A DNA stretch of 64,000 nt from Spirochaetae bacterium HGW-Spirochaetae-3 (lineage in GTDB: Bacteria > Spirochaetota > Spirochaetia > Treponematales > UBA12059), in assembly GCA_002839315.1 (NCBI GenBank), contig PGXV01000005.1, forward strand, positions 313,572-377,571. Reading direction: 5' to 3'. The translations under genes were made by a program, and so were the position numbers. Position 1 is the first letter of the stretch. Every line of letters begins with the position of its first letter. The notes under the pieces are model-generated. The model saw only the letters and a list, made by a program, of their open reading frames with translations, had not been told where the DNA came from and ran no database searches. Shown here in pieces: positions 47,232-56,829 of the stretch.

Positions 47232-49282
47232 TCGAACAGAGGCTTCGGCTTGGAGAAGAAGTAACCCTGCCCGTAGTCGACGCCGAGCTCGACCAGCTTG
47301 TCCTTGACGGCCTCGCTCTTGACGAACTCGGCTATGGTCTTGAGCCCCATCACGTGGCCTATCGAGTTGATCGAGTCGACCATCGTGTAGCTGACGAGGC
47401 TCTCGTCGATGTTCTGCACGAACGAGCCGTCTATCTTTACGTAGTCGACGGGCAGGTTGCGCAGGTATCCGAACGACGAGAAGCCGGCGCCGAAGTCGTC
47501 GAGCGCGAACGTGAAGCCCTCGCCCTTGAGCCTGTTGATGAAGCGCGTGGCGTAGGACAGGTTCTGGATCGCCGCGGTCTCGGTTATCTCTATGCAGAAG
47601 TCTCCCGCGGAGAGCGAGTACTTGTTAAGGTCGTAGAGGATAGTATCGATGAGCGCCTCGTCGAGCAGCGACGGCCCCGACAGGTTAACCGAGAAGAGCC
47701 GGTCGGCCAGCGGCGATTTCTCGTCCTTGAGTATCCGGTACGATCGCATCGAGTTCTCGATCACCCAACGGTCTATCTGCGGCATCAGGTTATAGCGTTC
47801 CGCCGCGGGGATGAAGTCGGTAGGGCCCGCTATGCTGCCGTCCTCGTTGACGAGGCGGAGCAGTATCTCCAGCTTGGGCTTGGTACCCGACGCGGGGTCT
47901 AGCGGCTCTATCGGCTGGTAGTACAGGACGAAGCGATTCTCTTCGACGGCCCTGTTGATCTTGCCTATCCACTCCATATCGCCGCGTCGGCGCCTGAACT
48001 TGCTGTCCTGGGCCTGGAATACGGTGATCTTGTTGCCGCCCTCTTCCTTGGAGATGTGGCACGAGTCGTCCGCGGCCGCCAGTACCGCGTGAATGTCGCC
48101 GGTATCCCTGTCGATCGGCACGATGCCTATGCTCAGGGTCACGGGGAAGGTCGCCGACTGCCACTGGAAGCGCTGACGCTGGACGGCGCTCTGGAGGCGG
48201 TTCCCGACGTTGATCGTGTCCTCGGACTGGCAGTTCATCAGGATGATGGCGAATTCGTCCGCGCCGATACGAGCCGACAGGTCGTTCCGCTGGATATTCG
48301 TCTGGATATGGCTGGCTAGCTGGCGTAGGAGCTCGTCGCCGGCCATGGTTCCGCAGGTGTCGTTGATGGCCTTGAACCGGTCCACGTCGAGTACGAGCAG
48401 CGAATGCGATCCGCCTATCAGCTTGACGTTCTTCAGGATCTCGCCGAGCTTGTATCCGAATTCCTCGCGATTGGAGAGGCCCGTAAGGCTGTCATGGCTC
48501 GACTGATAGTTCAGGGTCTCGGAGAGACGGCGCAGTTCCGTAATATCGCGGAGCGTTATCAGGTAACCGTCCGTCGAGTTGGCTCGTTCGTGGATACGGG
48601 TGATCGATCCGTCGAGTACCAGGGTCTGGCCGGTGACGTTCTTCAGCGTCACGTCGTTGAAGAACGTCGATCGCTCGCCGACGCTGACTATGCCCGAGAG
48701 TATGTCCTTCTTGGTATCGGCCTCCGTGAGGTTGAGGAAGCGGGACAGGCTCTTGCCTTGTACGTCGGCCTCGGAGACGCCGATGATGTCCTCGGCGACC
48801 TGGTTCATGAACTGGACGTTCTGGTCCATATCGACGGCTATGATACCGTCGTTGATGGATTGCAGGATCGCGCTGAATAGCCGCTCTTGCCTGGTCAGCT
48901 TGCTGGCCATCTCGTGCTTGTAGAGGGCGATATCTATCGTCGTATAGAGTTCGCGCTCCTTGAAGGGTTTCAGGATATAGCCGTAGGGCTGTACTTCCTT
49001 GGCCCGTTCGAGAGTTTTTTCGTCGGTATACGCCGTCAGGAAGATGAACGGGATGTCCTTGGACGCCTTGATAGTCTTGGCGGCCTGCACGCCGTCTATG
49101 CCGCCGGCGAGCATGATGTCCATGAGAATGATATCGGGTTCCAGCTCCAGGGCCAGCGTTATAGCCTCCGCGCCCTCGCCGGCCATGCCAATGACGTTGT
49201 ACCCGAAGCGTTCCAGTCTACGCTGCAAGTCGATCGCGATGATTTTCTCGTCTTCGACGATCAGGATACGCTCATTGTTCAT
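47228..49282 (-). CDS. response regulator REC-PAS-GGDEF-EAL (c-di-GMP turnover)
   Basis: ORF trimmed to ATG 49282 (GGAGAG SD). REC (ILIVEDEK...ILMDIML...FLTAY...ILKPF) and PAS. GGDEF domain with a GADEF site (RIGADEFAII). EAL domain (EILLRL, EITETA, DDFGAGFSS, KIDGSF, QGYFFSKP). Confidence 0.88.
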   Translation of the reverse strand: MNNERILIVEDEKIIAIDLQRRLERFGYNVIGMAGEGAEAITLALELEPDIILMDIMLAGGIDGVQAAKTIKASKDIPFIFLTAYTDEKTLERAKEVQPYGYILKPFKERELYTTIDIALYKHEMASKLTRQERLFSAILQSINDGIIAVDMDQNVQFMNQVAEDIIGVSEADVQGKSLSRFLNLTEADTKKDILSGIVSVGERSTFFNDVTLKNVTGQTLVLDGSITRIHERANSTDGYLITLRDITELRRLSETLNYQSSHDSLTGLSNREEFGYKLGEILKNVKLIGGSHSLLVLDVDRFKAINDTCGTMAGDELLRQLASHIQTNIQRNDLSARIGADEFAIILMNCQSEDTINVGNRLQSAVQRQRFQWQSATFPVTLSIGIVPIDRDTGDIHAVLAAADDSCHISKEEGGNKITVFQAQDSKFRRRRGDMEWIGKINRAVEENRFVLYYQPIEPLDPASGTKPKLEILLRLVNEDGSIAGPTDFIPAAERYNLMPQIDRWVIENSMRSYRILKDEKSPLADRLFSVNLSGPSLLDEALIDTILYDLNKYSLSAGDFCIEITETAAIQNLSYATRFINRLKGEGFTFALDDFGAGFSSFGYLRNLPVDYVKIDGSFVQNIDESLVSYTMVDSINSIGHVMGLKTIAEFVKSEAVKDKLVELGVDYGQGYFFSKPKPLFD

Positions 49283-49357
49283 CAATCTCTCCAAATAGTC
49301 GCCGATATGGCATCAAGAAGAATTATACGCGATGCTGAGCATAATACGAGGGCAAAT

Positions 49358-49873
49358 CTATCCAAAAAGAACCCTGACGGCGGCGCCGAGGACTCCCGAG
49401 CCGAGGATTACCCATAACGGATTAACCTTGGTGAACGCCGAGACGCAGAACGCGAGGGCTGCCATCGCCAGATTCATAGGAGATGACGCGGCCGAAGGCG
49501 CGAAAGCCCAGACAGTCATCGAGATAAGGCCTATCGTACCGGTCTTGAGCGCCTCCGTAAGCTCTCCGCCCCGCTTGGACGCCCTCGCCATGACGTTTCC
49601 TACGACTATGGCGAGCGTCAGCGGCGCGGCGACGACCGATAGCGTGGCGATAGTCGCCCCGACGATCCCGTGCAGCCTGTATCCTACGAGCGTGGCCGCG
49701 TTGAGGGCGACGGGACCGGGGGTTATCTGCGCCACGGCTACGAGCCTGGCGAATTCTTCCGCTGAAAGCCATGCCCGGCCGACTATCTCGGTCTTGATGA
49801 TGCCGACTATAGTCCAGCCGCCGCCATATGCCGCTAGGCCTATCTTGAGGAATACGAGCGCCAAACTCAGCAT
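49358..49873 (-). CDS. chrA: chromate transporter (CHR) family protein, short-chain partner 2
   Basis: MLSLALVFLKIGLAAYGGGWTIVGIIKTEIV...AVAQITPGPVALN is the CHR signature. It is the in-frame C-terminal part of track ORF 49358..50506. Its ATG 49873 overlaps the partner's stop by 7 nt. Confidence 0.8.
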   Translation of the reverse strand: MLSLALVFLKIGLAAYGGGWTIVGIIKTEIVGRAWLSAEEFARLVAVAQITPGPVALNAATLVGYRLHGIVGATIATLSVVAAPLTLAIVVGNVMARASKRGGELTEALKTGTIGLISMTVWAFAPSAASSPMNLAMAALAFCVSAFTKVNPLWVILGSGVLGAAVRVLFG

Positions 49874-50427
49874 GCGGCCCGTCTCTCGGCAAGCCACGAT
49901 ACCGCGACGGTCGCGAAGAAGACCGGTACCGCCCAGGTGCCCGAAAGCGTTATGGCGACGGCGGCGACTATCGTCAGCGCCGCCCGTAGCCCGGTCCAGC
50001 GCCGTTTCTTTATCATGTTGAAGGCGAGCGCGGCCGTGAGGCCGGGGACGACGGCGAAGGCGCCGTCCAAGAAGCCCCTTATGAAGGGCCATTCCCCGAT
50101 GACTTCGAGGATCGTAGCCAGGGCGATGATCGATATGAACGGGGGGATCAATATCCCGAGGAACGCGGCCAGGAATCCGGCGGTTCCGGCTACTCTCCGG
50201 CCTACGAATACCGCCGTATTGAGGGCGAGCGGTCCGGGGACGCTTTGCGCCGTCGCGAAAAGATCGTAGAACTCGTCTTCGGCCAGCCAGCCGCGCTTCT
50301 CCGTGGCTCTCTGTATCACCGGCACCATAACGTATCCTCCGCCGATCGTGACCGCGGAGATACCGAAGAAGAATCTGAAGAGCGTCAGGAAACTGGGGCG
50401 GGAACCTGGAACTTGAGTCTCGCTCAT
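49867..50427 (-). CDS. chrA: chromate transporter (CHR) family protein, short-chain partner 1
   Basis: FLTLFRFFFGISAVTIGGGYVMVPVIQ...ATAQSVPGPLALN. 186 aa, paired with the downstream half as in short-chain CHR pairs. Confidence 0.8.
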   Translation of the reverse strand: MSETQVPGSRPSFLTLFRFFFGISAVTIGGGYVMVPVIQRATEKRGWLAEDEFYDLFATAQSVPGPLALNTAVFVGRRVAGTAGFLAAFLGILIPPFISIIALATILEVIGEWPFIRGFLDGAFAVVPGLTAALAFNMIKKRRWTGLRAALTIVAAVAITLSGTWAVPVFFATVAVSWLAERRAAC

Positions 50428-50667
50428 AGCTTGCTCTCCGCTGATGGATACGCCGGAGTGAACGTATCAGGACGAAGGATATTTTGGGTTGGACGAAGAA
50501 CGGCACGTTCTATGATGCATGGCTGCCTTGAGCGCAGACATAGGGTACAAGTGGCAGCACGGCTACGAAGTCGAACCACGTGCCATTCTTCGTGGGAATA
50601 GTATGACAGACCGTTTGTTTTTAGTCTACTGCCTTTTAGATGCAATGGAGGTAGTGGATAAATAATG

Positions 50668-53600
50668 TTACCGCCTGCCTAATCCTGAAGCATCGGGGAT
50701 ACCTGCTATCTCGTACTCGGCGCCCGTTCTCAGATAGCGGACGAAGGCCCGGGCCGGAACGCCGAAAATAGATTCCGCCGCATCGCGATATATCGACAGC
50801 TGGAACGCGTGCTGCTCGGGGGCGGCGCGTTTATCGGTCTTGAAATCGATCACGGTGATTTTCCCCGCGTCGCTGTATACGAGATCCATGCTACCCGAAA
50901 GGACGGCGGGGCCGGACCAGACGAACGGATACTCTATCTCGAATACGCTTCCGGGTAATCCGGCGCGCGCCGCGTCGCGCGCCGCAACGGCGGCCAGGCC
51001 GCGCGGCGAACGGATAAAGCGGTCGGCGAGGTTCAGCGCCTCGTCCAGGTCGCGCCTGGCCGCGTTTGTCGAAAGACGCGCCAGGGCCCTGGCTACGGCG
51101 CCCCGGGGTTCCGGGACCGTTTCCTGATCGCTTAATCGGCTCTCTACGAACTGATGGCACAGGGTACCGAAGTCGGCCTCGGATAGGCCCGGTTCGGCTT
51201 CATCGCCGCCTGAGAGGGGGCCGACCGGTTCCGGAGCGAGCGACGCCCCCGATCCGTCGGCGGCCGCGCTTGAGCGACCCTCCAGGTACGCGGCGGCGCC
51301 CGTCACCGACCAGCGCCCCCTGCGCTCCTCTACCGCGCGGCCCGGGGCGTTCGCTGACGCGGTCGCCCGTGCGGCGCCGTCCGGGCCGGAGGCGTTGGAG
51401 AGCCGCCCGTAGTCCGCTTTCGAGCGTTCGGGTACGTACTCGACGGTAAGTAATTCCGGGGCATCCTCGGGACGGTCTGAAAGGAAATCCTCGTCGGACG
51501 AGCTTGTCGGCCCGGCCCATGGCCAGGCCCGGATAAAGAGTCCCCTGAAGCTACGCCCGACGGCATCGGCGTTGCGAGGCACCTTGCCTACGAGGTAGAG
51601 CCGGGAAATGGCCCGCGTGCAGGCCACGTAGAAGAGCCTGGCGGTCTCGGCGATCGACTCGTCCATCGCGTCGTCGCCGTCGCCGCGATCGATCTTGCTC
51701 ATCTCCGCGGCGAGTTCCGCTATCGGGTCCCGCGGGGCGTCGCCGTCGTCGAGGAGCCGGACGGACGGGCCGAAGGGGCCGGACGGGGCGATGGGCGAAC
51801 GCGTGTCCCCCCGTCCCCTCGAGTCGACGTCGGGCATGATGACGACCGGGTATTCGAGGCCCTTGCTCATGTGGACGGTCATGATCGACACGCCGCGGGA
51901 GCTCTCCCGGAGGACGGCCTCGTCGAAACGGTCGAGCTTTCCCATCCTGGGCTCGAGGGCCGCGATGAAGTCGACGAGGCGCTCGCTCCTCGCGTCGGCC
52001 GCCGCCGCGAGCGACCACGCATAGTCGAAATGCTCCAGGAAGGACGCCGCGGCGGGGTCCTTGAGCACGTTCCAGCGTAGTCCTCGGTCGTACCACAGGT
52101 ACTCGACGACGCGCCTCAGCGGCTCCCTGTCCGCCATCCCGCGCACGCCGCGCCATGCGTCGCGCGCGGCGCGGAACCTGGTCGCGTCGGCTTCGGAAAG
52201 GGCGGACGGATCGAAGCCCATAAGCCCGTCGGGACCGCGTACGTCGGCGGCGGACGAAAGGGCCGCGTAGCCGGCATCGTCGGAGAGCCTCGCGAACGGT
52301 CCCCTGAGGACGGCGGCGAAGGCCAGGCGGTCGTCGGGATAGACGGCGAGCCGCATCATCGCGTACAGGTCGCCGAGTATCGATTCGGCGAAGAGCCCGG
52401 CCGTAGACGCCGCGCTGTACGGCACGCCGAGTAGCCGTAGATATCGCTCCACGACGTTCTGGCTCGTGGTCGACCGGAACAGTATCGCTATGTCGTCCCA
52501 GCGGCAGGGCCTGGCTACCTTGCGGCCGTCCGGCCCCTTCGCGGCGACGATCGCCCCGTCATCGACCAGCGATCGGACGAGCTCGGCTATCCTCCACGCC
52601 TCAGCCTCGCCCGAAGGCAGCTTCGAGCCGTCGTCGGGCTCGCTCGATTCGAGGTACACGACCTCGGGGACGACCCCGACCGTCGGAGGACCGGCCTCGA
52701 GTCCCGAGAAACGAGCCTCGAAGTCCTTGGCGTCGACGTCGCCTGGGGCGGGCAGGACGCGTGAGAAGGTCGCGTTGAAGAACTCGATGAGTCCGGGCTC
52801 TGAACGCCAGTTTATATCGAGGCTGTGCGTCCCGAACGCGCCGGGCGCCGATGAAAGCTCGTCGGCCAGGCCGCGGAATACCGTGACGTCCGCGCCCCTG
52901 AACGCGTATATGCTCTGTTTCTCGTCGCCCACGAAGAAGAGGACGCCTGGTTCCAGGTCCGCGGGGCTAACGGTCGTCCCGCGATCGGGCGACGTCCTGT
53001 CCCGGCGCTCGGCGAGGCAGTACAGGATGCGCTTCTGTAGGTCGTTGTCGTCCTGGAACTCGTCTACCATGATAGCGTCGTAGCGCGACTTGTACCAATC
53101 GCGCAGGCTCAGGTCGGTCTCCAGCGTACGTAGCGCTATGGCCGCCACGTCGGAGAAGGTAAGCGAGCCGGAAGCGGCCCGCGTCTCGACGGCGAGGGCG
53201 AGGAATTCGCGGAGCATGTCGAGCGCGCCGGGGCGCCGATCGTCGAGCAGCGCCTCGCATGCCAGCGCGGCCGCGCCCGCAAGCGGCCGCGCCGCCTTGC
53301 CCGCCGCGTTGTAGTACAGGGCCGCCTCGGCCTTCCCGGTAGCCAGGTGGAGCCTCGCGACCCGCCGGTACGAGGCGACGGCGGCGGACAAGCCGTCCCG
53401 ATCGCCCGCGTCGGGAGCGTCGCCTGGGAACCGGACGGACATGTCCCGCCAGGCCGCGGCCCCCTTCGCGGAGCCAGGATCGAGGTCGACGCCGGGCTTG
53501 AGCAGTTCCAGCAGGCGCGCGTGGGTAGCCTCGACGCAGGACGCTAGCGCCGACGCCTGGGATTCGGCGTCGAAGCGGCGATCGGACGCGACGAGACCCT

Positions 53601-54129
53601 CCCTGCCGCCGGCGAGCGACGCGAGCGCGTCGACGGCGTTCTGGAATCCTGACGCGGCGATGAAGGACGCCGTGACGGGGTCGTTGCGCCGCTCGAGCAG
53701 GAAGTCTATCGCGAGCGCGTCGATCGCGTCGGAGTCGGGAGCCTTGTCGACCGCGAAATCGGGCGGTACGCCCCATCGCGAGCAGCCGTTCCTCGCTACC
53801 TCCGCGCAGAACGAGTCGAGCGTCGACACCCTCGACGACGGGAACGCCTCGAGGGCCCCGGCGAAGTCGTCGTCGTCCTCGGCGCAGCTCGCGAGCATAC
53901 CGCGTATCCGCTCGCTCATCTCCGCGGCCGCCTTCTTGGTGAAGGTCATGCAGAGTATGCGCTCGGGCGGTACTCCGCGCTCCTTGACGAGGTGGAGGTA
54001 GCGTACGGCGAGCACGCGCGTCTTGCCGGAGCCGGCTCCGGCCGAAACGACGGCCGTACCGGTCTCCCGGACCGCGGGCAGCTGGCGGACGGGGTCGAGT
54101 CCCCGAAGTATCTCTTCCCATGCGCTCAT
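50668..54129 (-). CDS. addA: UvrD-type helicase / PD-(D/E)xK nuclease, AddA(RexA)-like
   Basis: ORF 50668..54651 trimmed to ATG 54129 (GGTGAGGTGA SD, 2 nt after the addB-like stop). Walker A VSAGAGSGKTRVL, VDEFQDDN, VHMSKGLEYPVV. C-terminal nuclease motif GSMDLVY...VIDFKTD. Confidence 0.85.
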   Translation of the reverse strand: MSAWEEILRGLDPVRQLPAVRETGTAVVSAGAGSGKTRVLAVRYLHLVKERGVPPERILCMTFTKKAAAEMSERIRGMLASCAEDDDDFAGALEAFPSSRVSTLDSFCAEVARNGCSRWGVPPDFAVDKAPDSDAIDALAIDFLLERRNDPVTASFIAASGFQNAVDALASLAGGREGLVASDRRFDAESQASALASCVEATHARLLELLKPGVDLDPGSAKGAAAWRDMSVRFPGDAPDAGDRDGLSAAVASYRRVARLHLATGKAEAALYYNAAGKAARPLAGAAALACEALLDDRRPGALDMLREFLALAVETRAASGSLTFSDVAAIALRTLETDLSLRDWYKSRYDAIMVDEFQDDNDLQKRILYCLAERRDRTSPDRGTTVSPADLEPGVLFFVGDEKQSIYAFRGADVTVFRGLADELSSAPGAFGTHSLDINWRSEPGLIEFFNATFSRVLPAPGDVDAKDFEARFSGLEAGPPTVGVVPEVVYLESSEPDDGSKLPSGEAEAWRIAELVRSLVDDGAIVAAKGPDGRKVARPCRWDDIAILFRSTTSQNVVERYLRLLGVPYSAASTAGLFAESILGDLYAMMRLAVYPDDRLAFAAVLRGPFARLSDDAGYAALSSAADVRGPDGLMGFDPSALSEADATRFRAARDAWRGVRGMADREPLRRVVEYLWYDRGLRWNVLKDPAAASFLEHFDYAWSLAAAADARSERLVDFIAALEPRMGKLDRFDEAVLRESSRGVSIMTVHMSKGLEYPVVIMPDVDSRGRGDTRSPIAPSGPFGPSVRLLDDGDAPRDPIAELAAEMSKIDRGDGDDAMDESIAETARLFYVACTRAISRLYLVGKVPRNADAVGRSFRGLFIRAWPWAGPTSSSDEDFLSDRPEDAPELLTVEYVPERSKADYGRLSNASGPDGAARATASANAPGRAVEERRGRWSVTGAAAYLEGRSSAAADGSGASLAPEPVGPLSGGDEAEPGLSEADFGTLCHQFVESRLSDQETVPEPRGAVARALARLSTNAARRDLDEALNLADRFIRSPRGLAAVAARDAARAGLPGSVFEIEYPFVWSGPAVLSGSMDLVYSDAGKITVIDFKTDKRAAPEQHAFQLSIYRDAAESIFGVPARAFVRYLRTGAEYEIAGIPDASGLGRR

Positions 54130-54131
54130 CG

Positions 54132-54782
54132 TCACCTCACCGCGTAGTGCGCCCTGCAGACGGACCTGAGGCCGCATCCCGAGCATATGGAGTCCCTGTC
54201 GCGCATCGCGGGCACGAATACGTCGCCGCGCCCGATGATGCCGGCCGTCCTGGCCGCCTGCGCCTCCAGGGCCGGCCGTAGCAGCGGCATCTTCTCCGCC
54301 GGTATGGCGGGCTTGGGCCCGGGGCCGAATACCTCGAGCAGGCCCTTGCCGGACGGTTCCGAGCCCTCTATCGACAGGTAGTAGGCGGCCTCGGGGACCA
54401 TGCCGGCGGCCTCCACGAGTACGGCGTAGGCCGGTATCTGGATGTCCTCGACCGATCCGTCGTCGGCGGGCTCCAGCTGGGCCCGCGTCGGTATCCGCGA
54501 TTTCTTGTAGTCGACGATGACGGCCCTCCGCGGCTCTCCCGCAGTCGGCGCCGGGGCGACGCAGACGAGGTCGGGCCGGCCGTACAGTTCCGCGCCTATC
54601 GCGTCGAGCGGCGCCGTCAGGCTCGAGTCGTCGACCATCACGGGCACGCATCCGTCAAGCGCCCGTAGCAGGTTGGCGGACGCCCTGGAGAAATTCCTTC
54701 GCAGGATCGGCGCGGCCGTATCGACGAGCATGCTCGCCATGGGGCCGAGTTCGCCGCTCAATCCGCGTATCGCCGCTCCCAT
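54132..54782 (-). CDS. addB: C-terminal nuclease-domain fragment of the AddB(RexB)-like subunit (frame-shifted relative to 54758..56827)
   Basis: Contains GRPDLVCV...AVIVDYKKS (PD-(D/E)xK) and the C-terminal CSGCGLRSVC iron-sulfur-type cysteines. Its frame stays open and protein-like for at least ~120 nt upstream of its first ATG (checked to 54899). Confidence 0.7.
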   Translation of the reverse strand: MGAAIRGLSGELGPMASMLVDTAAPILRRNFSRASANLLRALDGCVPVMVDDSSLTAPLDAIGAELYGRPDLVCVAPAPTAGEPRRAVIVDYKKSRIPTRAQLEPADDGSVEDIQIPAYAVLVEAAGMVPEAAYYLSIEGSEPSGKGLLEVFGPGPKPAIPAEKMPLLRPALEAQAARTAGIIGRGDVFVPAMRDRDSICSGCGLRSVCRAHYAVR

Positions 54783-56827
54783 CGCCGCCGCGACGTCGGC
54801 CGCTCCGGGCCTGGCCGCCTCGCCGGCGGGTCGCCCGCCTCGGCGAGCGGCGCGAGCAGCCGGCGGAACGCGTCGTGGTATATGCGGCCCAACAGCAGGT
54901 TGTCTATGAACGACAGGCCGGAATCCACCGGCTCCACCCGGAGGCCGCTCTGGAAGACGCGCCTGAACGCGCAGCTACTGTAGCCCTCTATGGAGGTGGC
55001 CGATAGCCTGAGCCTGCCGGCCGGACTCATGGACGCCTTCGCGGCGTCGGCCGCCGCTGGTCCCATGGTAGCGGGCGCGTCCGGCGTCCCTGCGGCCCAG
55101 TCGGCGCCGCCCGAGCCGAATACCGTAGCGAGCGCCGCTGACGCGCTCGCGGCCTGGCCGGGAAAGGCTTCCGTGACGGGCAGGGCGTCGGTCTCCAGGT
55201 TGGGTAGCCATCGCCGCCTGTCGTAGGCCAGGCCGACCGATCCCGGGTCGCGGGCGTCTATAGCCGGGTGCGGAGGCCTGACCCCGTCGGGGCCGTCCTC
55301 GGAGTAGCTCAGGAAGACGCGCCGGCCGGAGACGGCCAGGAGCCGGACGAGGCCGGCCGATATGTCCCGGTCCGCGGCTCCGAGCCTGTCGCGCTCGTCG
55401 GCCCGCATGAACGACAGCGGCCTGGCGGCGGCGACGGCGGCGCCCTGCGCGAGGTTGAGGACGTAGTGTATGTCGGGGACGGCGCCCGCCGCGACCGGGA
55501 ACCGGTAGACCGTTATGCCGCCCGACTCCGATACGGGCAGGTAGCGGGTGGCCTCCAGTTGCTCGAGCCAGGCCGCGGCCGCGCCCGGAAAAGCGTCAGG
55601 GGCGAGGCCGGCGGCGTCCGCCGCCTCTTCCAGCTCGTCCAGCACGGCCAGGCATCGCGCTATTTCGTCGTTCTGAAGCGGAGACCAGGCTTCTTCGTCT
55701 ATGAAGGCCCGCCTGAAGGCGTCGTAGGCCGACCTGAGATGGCGGAATCCGGCGGCGCCCGCTATCCTCGATACGGCGGTCCGGAGGCCCCTGTACAGGC
55801 GTCGCGCCTCGTCGTCGCTTCCGAGCGACGCCTCCCAGACGTCAGCGTCCCCGGGTAGCGGCGCGACTATATGCTTGCTTATGCCTATGTCGAGGAGGCG
55901 CCTGGCGGCTTCCTTTTCCTTCCAGGGCCGCGAAGCGTCGAGCAACAGCCTCCGTAGCGACTCGAACGACATGCGGCCGCCGGCCAGGCTCATCGCGTCG
56001 GCCAGGAGCCGACCCCCCGCGCCGTCGGCCAGCGGGCGGCCTTCGCGGACGTTTAGCGGCACGCCGGCTAGCGCCGCCTCGCGCTCGAGTATAGGAAGCG
56101 CCGATTCGGGCGACGCGACGCTTATCATGATGCCGGCGGGATCCGCGCCCGAGTCTACCGCGTCCCTTATCGACAGCAGGACCGCCCGTACCTCCTCGAC
56201 GACGGTACCGAACCGCGCCGCGGGAACGGGTTCCTTTCCCAACGAACCGGAAAGCACGACGGTCGCGCCTGGCAGGGCCATGGCGGCGTCGGCGTAATCG
56301 TCCCAGTCCTCGGTCAGGTCGGGGTAGACGAGGACCCAGCCGGCCTTGGGGCTCGCGGCCTCCCTGCCGAGCCAGGCCGCCTCGTAGAGCCCCCTGTCTA
56401 CCATGAAGGTCTCGTAGCGCCGCCGTATCTCCCTCCAGTCGGCCAGATGGTCTCCGGGACCTTCCGGCACCGCCCGCAGGGCCGGCAGCGCGGCGGCTAG
56501 CGACGGGGCGAACCTGGCGGACGAGCTCGCGGCCTCGGGCGGCACGACGGAACGCAGGAACGGCTCCGCGGCGTTGGAGGCGGCGAGGACGCGCGCGAAA
56601 ATCGACCGTATGGCCTTGGATGACGGCCTGCCGCGCGCGTCCCCGGCGAATACCTCCGACTTGAACGCGTCCCAGCCGATGAAGCGGCGCGCGGGCAGGG
56701 CCCGCCTTCCCGTCTCCGTCAATACGGCCGCGAGCATGGAAGACGCCGCTATCTCGCTAGGGAAGACGAATCGGGCGTCGGGGTCGACCAGGCGCTCCAG
56801 GATCTCCCGCGGTATCGGTTCTCCCAC
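54758..56827 (-). CDS. addB: N-terminal ~690 aa of the AddB(RexB)-like subunit (frame-shifted)
   Basis: GTG start 2 nt after the flavin-reductase stop. Ends with the first nuclease-domain elements (IEGYSSCAFRRVF, LLLGRIYHDAF), then an Arg-rich out-of-frame-looking tail (PPARRPGPERPTSRRRWERRYAD). Confidence 0.7.
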   Translation of the reverse strand: MGEPIPREILERLVDPDARFVFPSEIAASSMLAAVLTETGRRALPARRFIGWDAFKSEVFAGDARGRPSSKAIRSIFARVLAASNAAEPFLRSVVPPEAASSSARFAPSLAAALPALRAVPEGPGDHLADWREIRRRYETFMVDRGLYEAAWLGREAASPKAGWVLVYPDLTEDWDDYADAAMALPGATVVLSGSLGKEPVPAARFGTVVEEVRAVLLSIRDAVDSGADPAGIMISVASPESALPILEREAALAGVPLNVREGRPLADGAGGRLLADAMSLAGGRMSFESLRRLLLDASRPWKEKEAARRLLDIGISKHIVAPLPGDADVWEASLGSDDEARRLYRGLRTAVSRIAGAAGFRHLRSAYDAFRRAFIDEEAWSPLQNDEIARCLAVLDELEEAADAAGLAPDAFPGAAAAWLEQLEATRYLPVSESGGITVYRFPVAAGAVPDIHYVLNLAQGAAVAAARPLSFMRADERDRLGAADRDISAGLVRLLAVSGRRVFLSYSEDGPDGVRPPHPAIDARDPGSVGLAYDRRRWLPNLETDALPVTEAFPGQAASASAALATVFGSGGADWAAGTPDAPATMGPAAADAAKASMSPAGRLRLSATSIEGYSSCAFRRVFQSGLRVEPVDSGLSFIDNLLLGRIYHDAFRRLLAPLAEAGDPPARRPGPERPTSRRRWERRYAD

Positions 56828-56829
56828 GG

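Noticed and set aside
49874-50506. N-terminal 211 aa of track ORF 49358..50506
   Set aside because: This part is Arg-rich nonsense overlapping the real CHR gene 49867..50427 in another frame. Only the part from ATG 49873 onward carries the chromate-transporter signature.
50571-50577. GGTTCGA (T-loop-like) on the reverse strand, considered as a tRNA or tmRNA fragment
   Set aside because: The flanks do not form a 5-bp T-stem, and no acceptor or anticodon arms can be drawn. It is more likely part of a simple hairpin loop.
54130-54651. 174-codon N-terminal extension of the AddA-like ORF (50668..54651)
   Set aside because: The extension is Arg/Gly-rich and overlaps the AddB nuclease-domain frame. 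ATG 54129 has a strong SD and gives the conserved helicase N-terminus with Walker A ~30 aa in.
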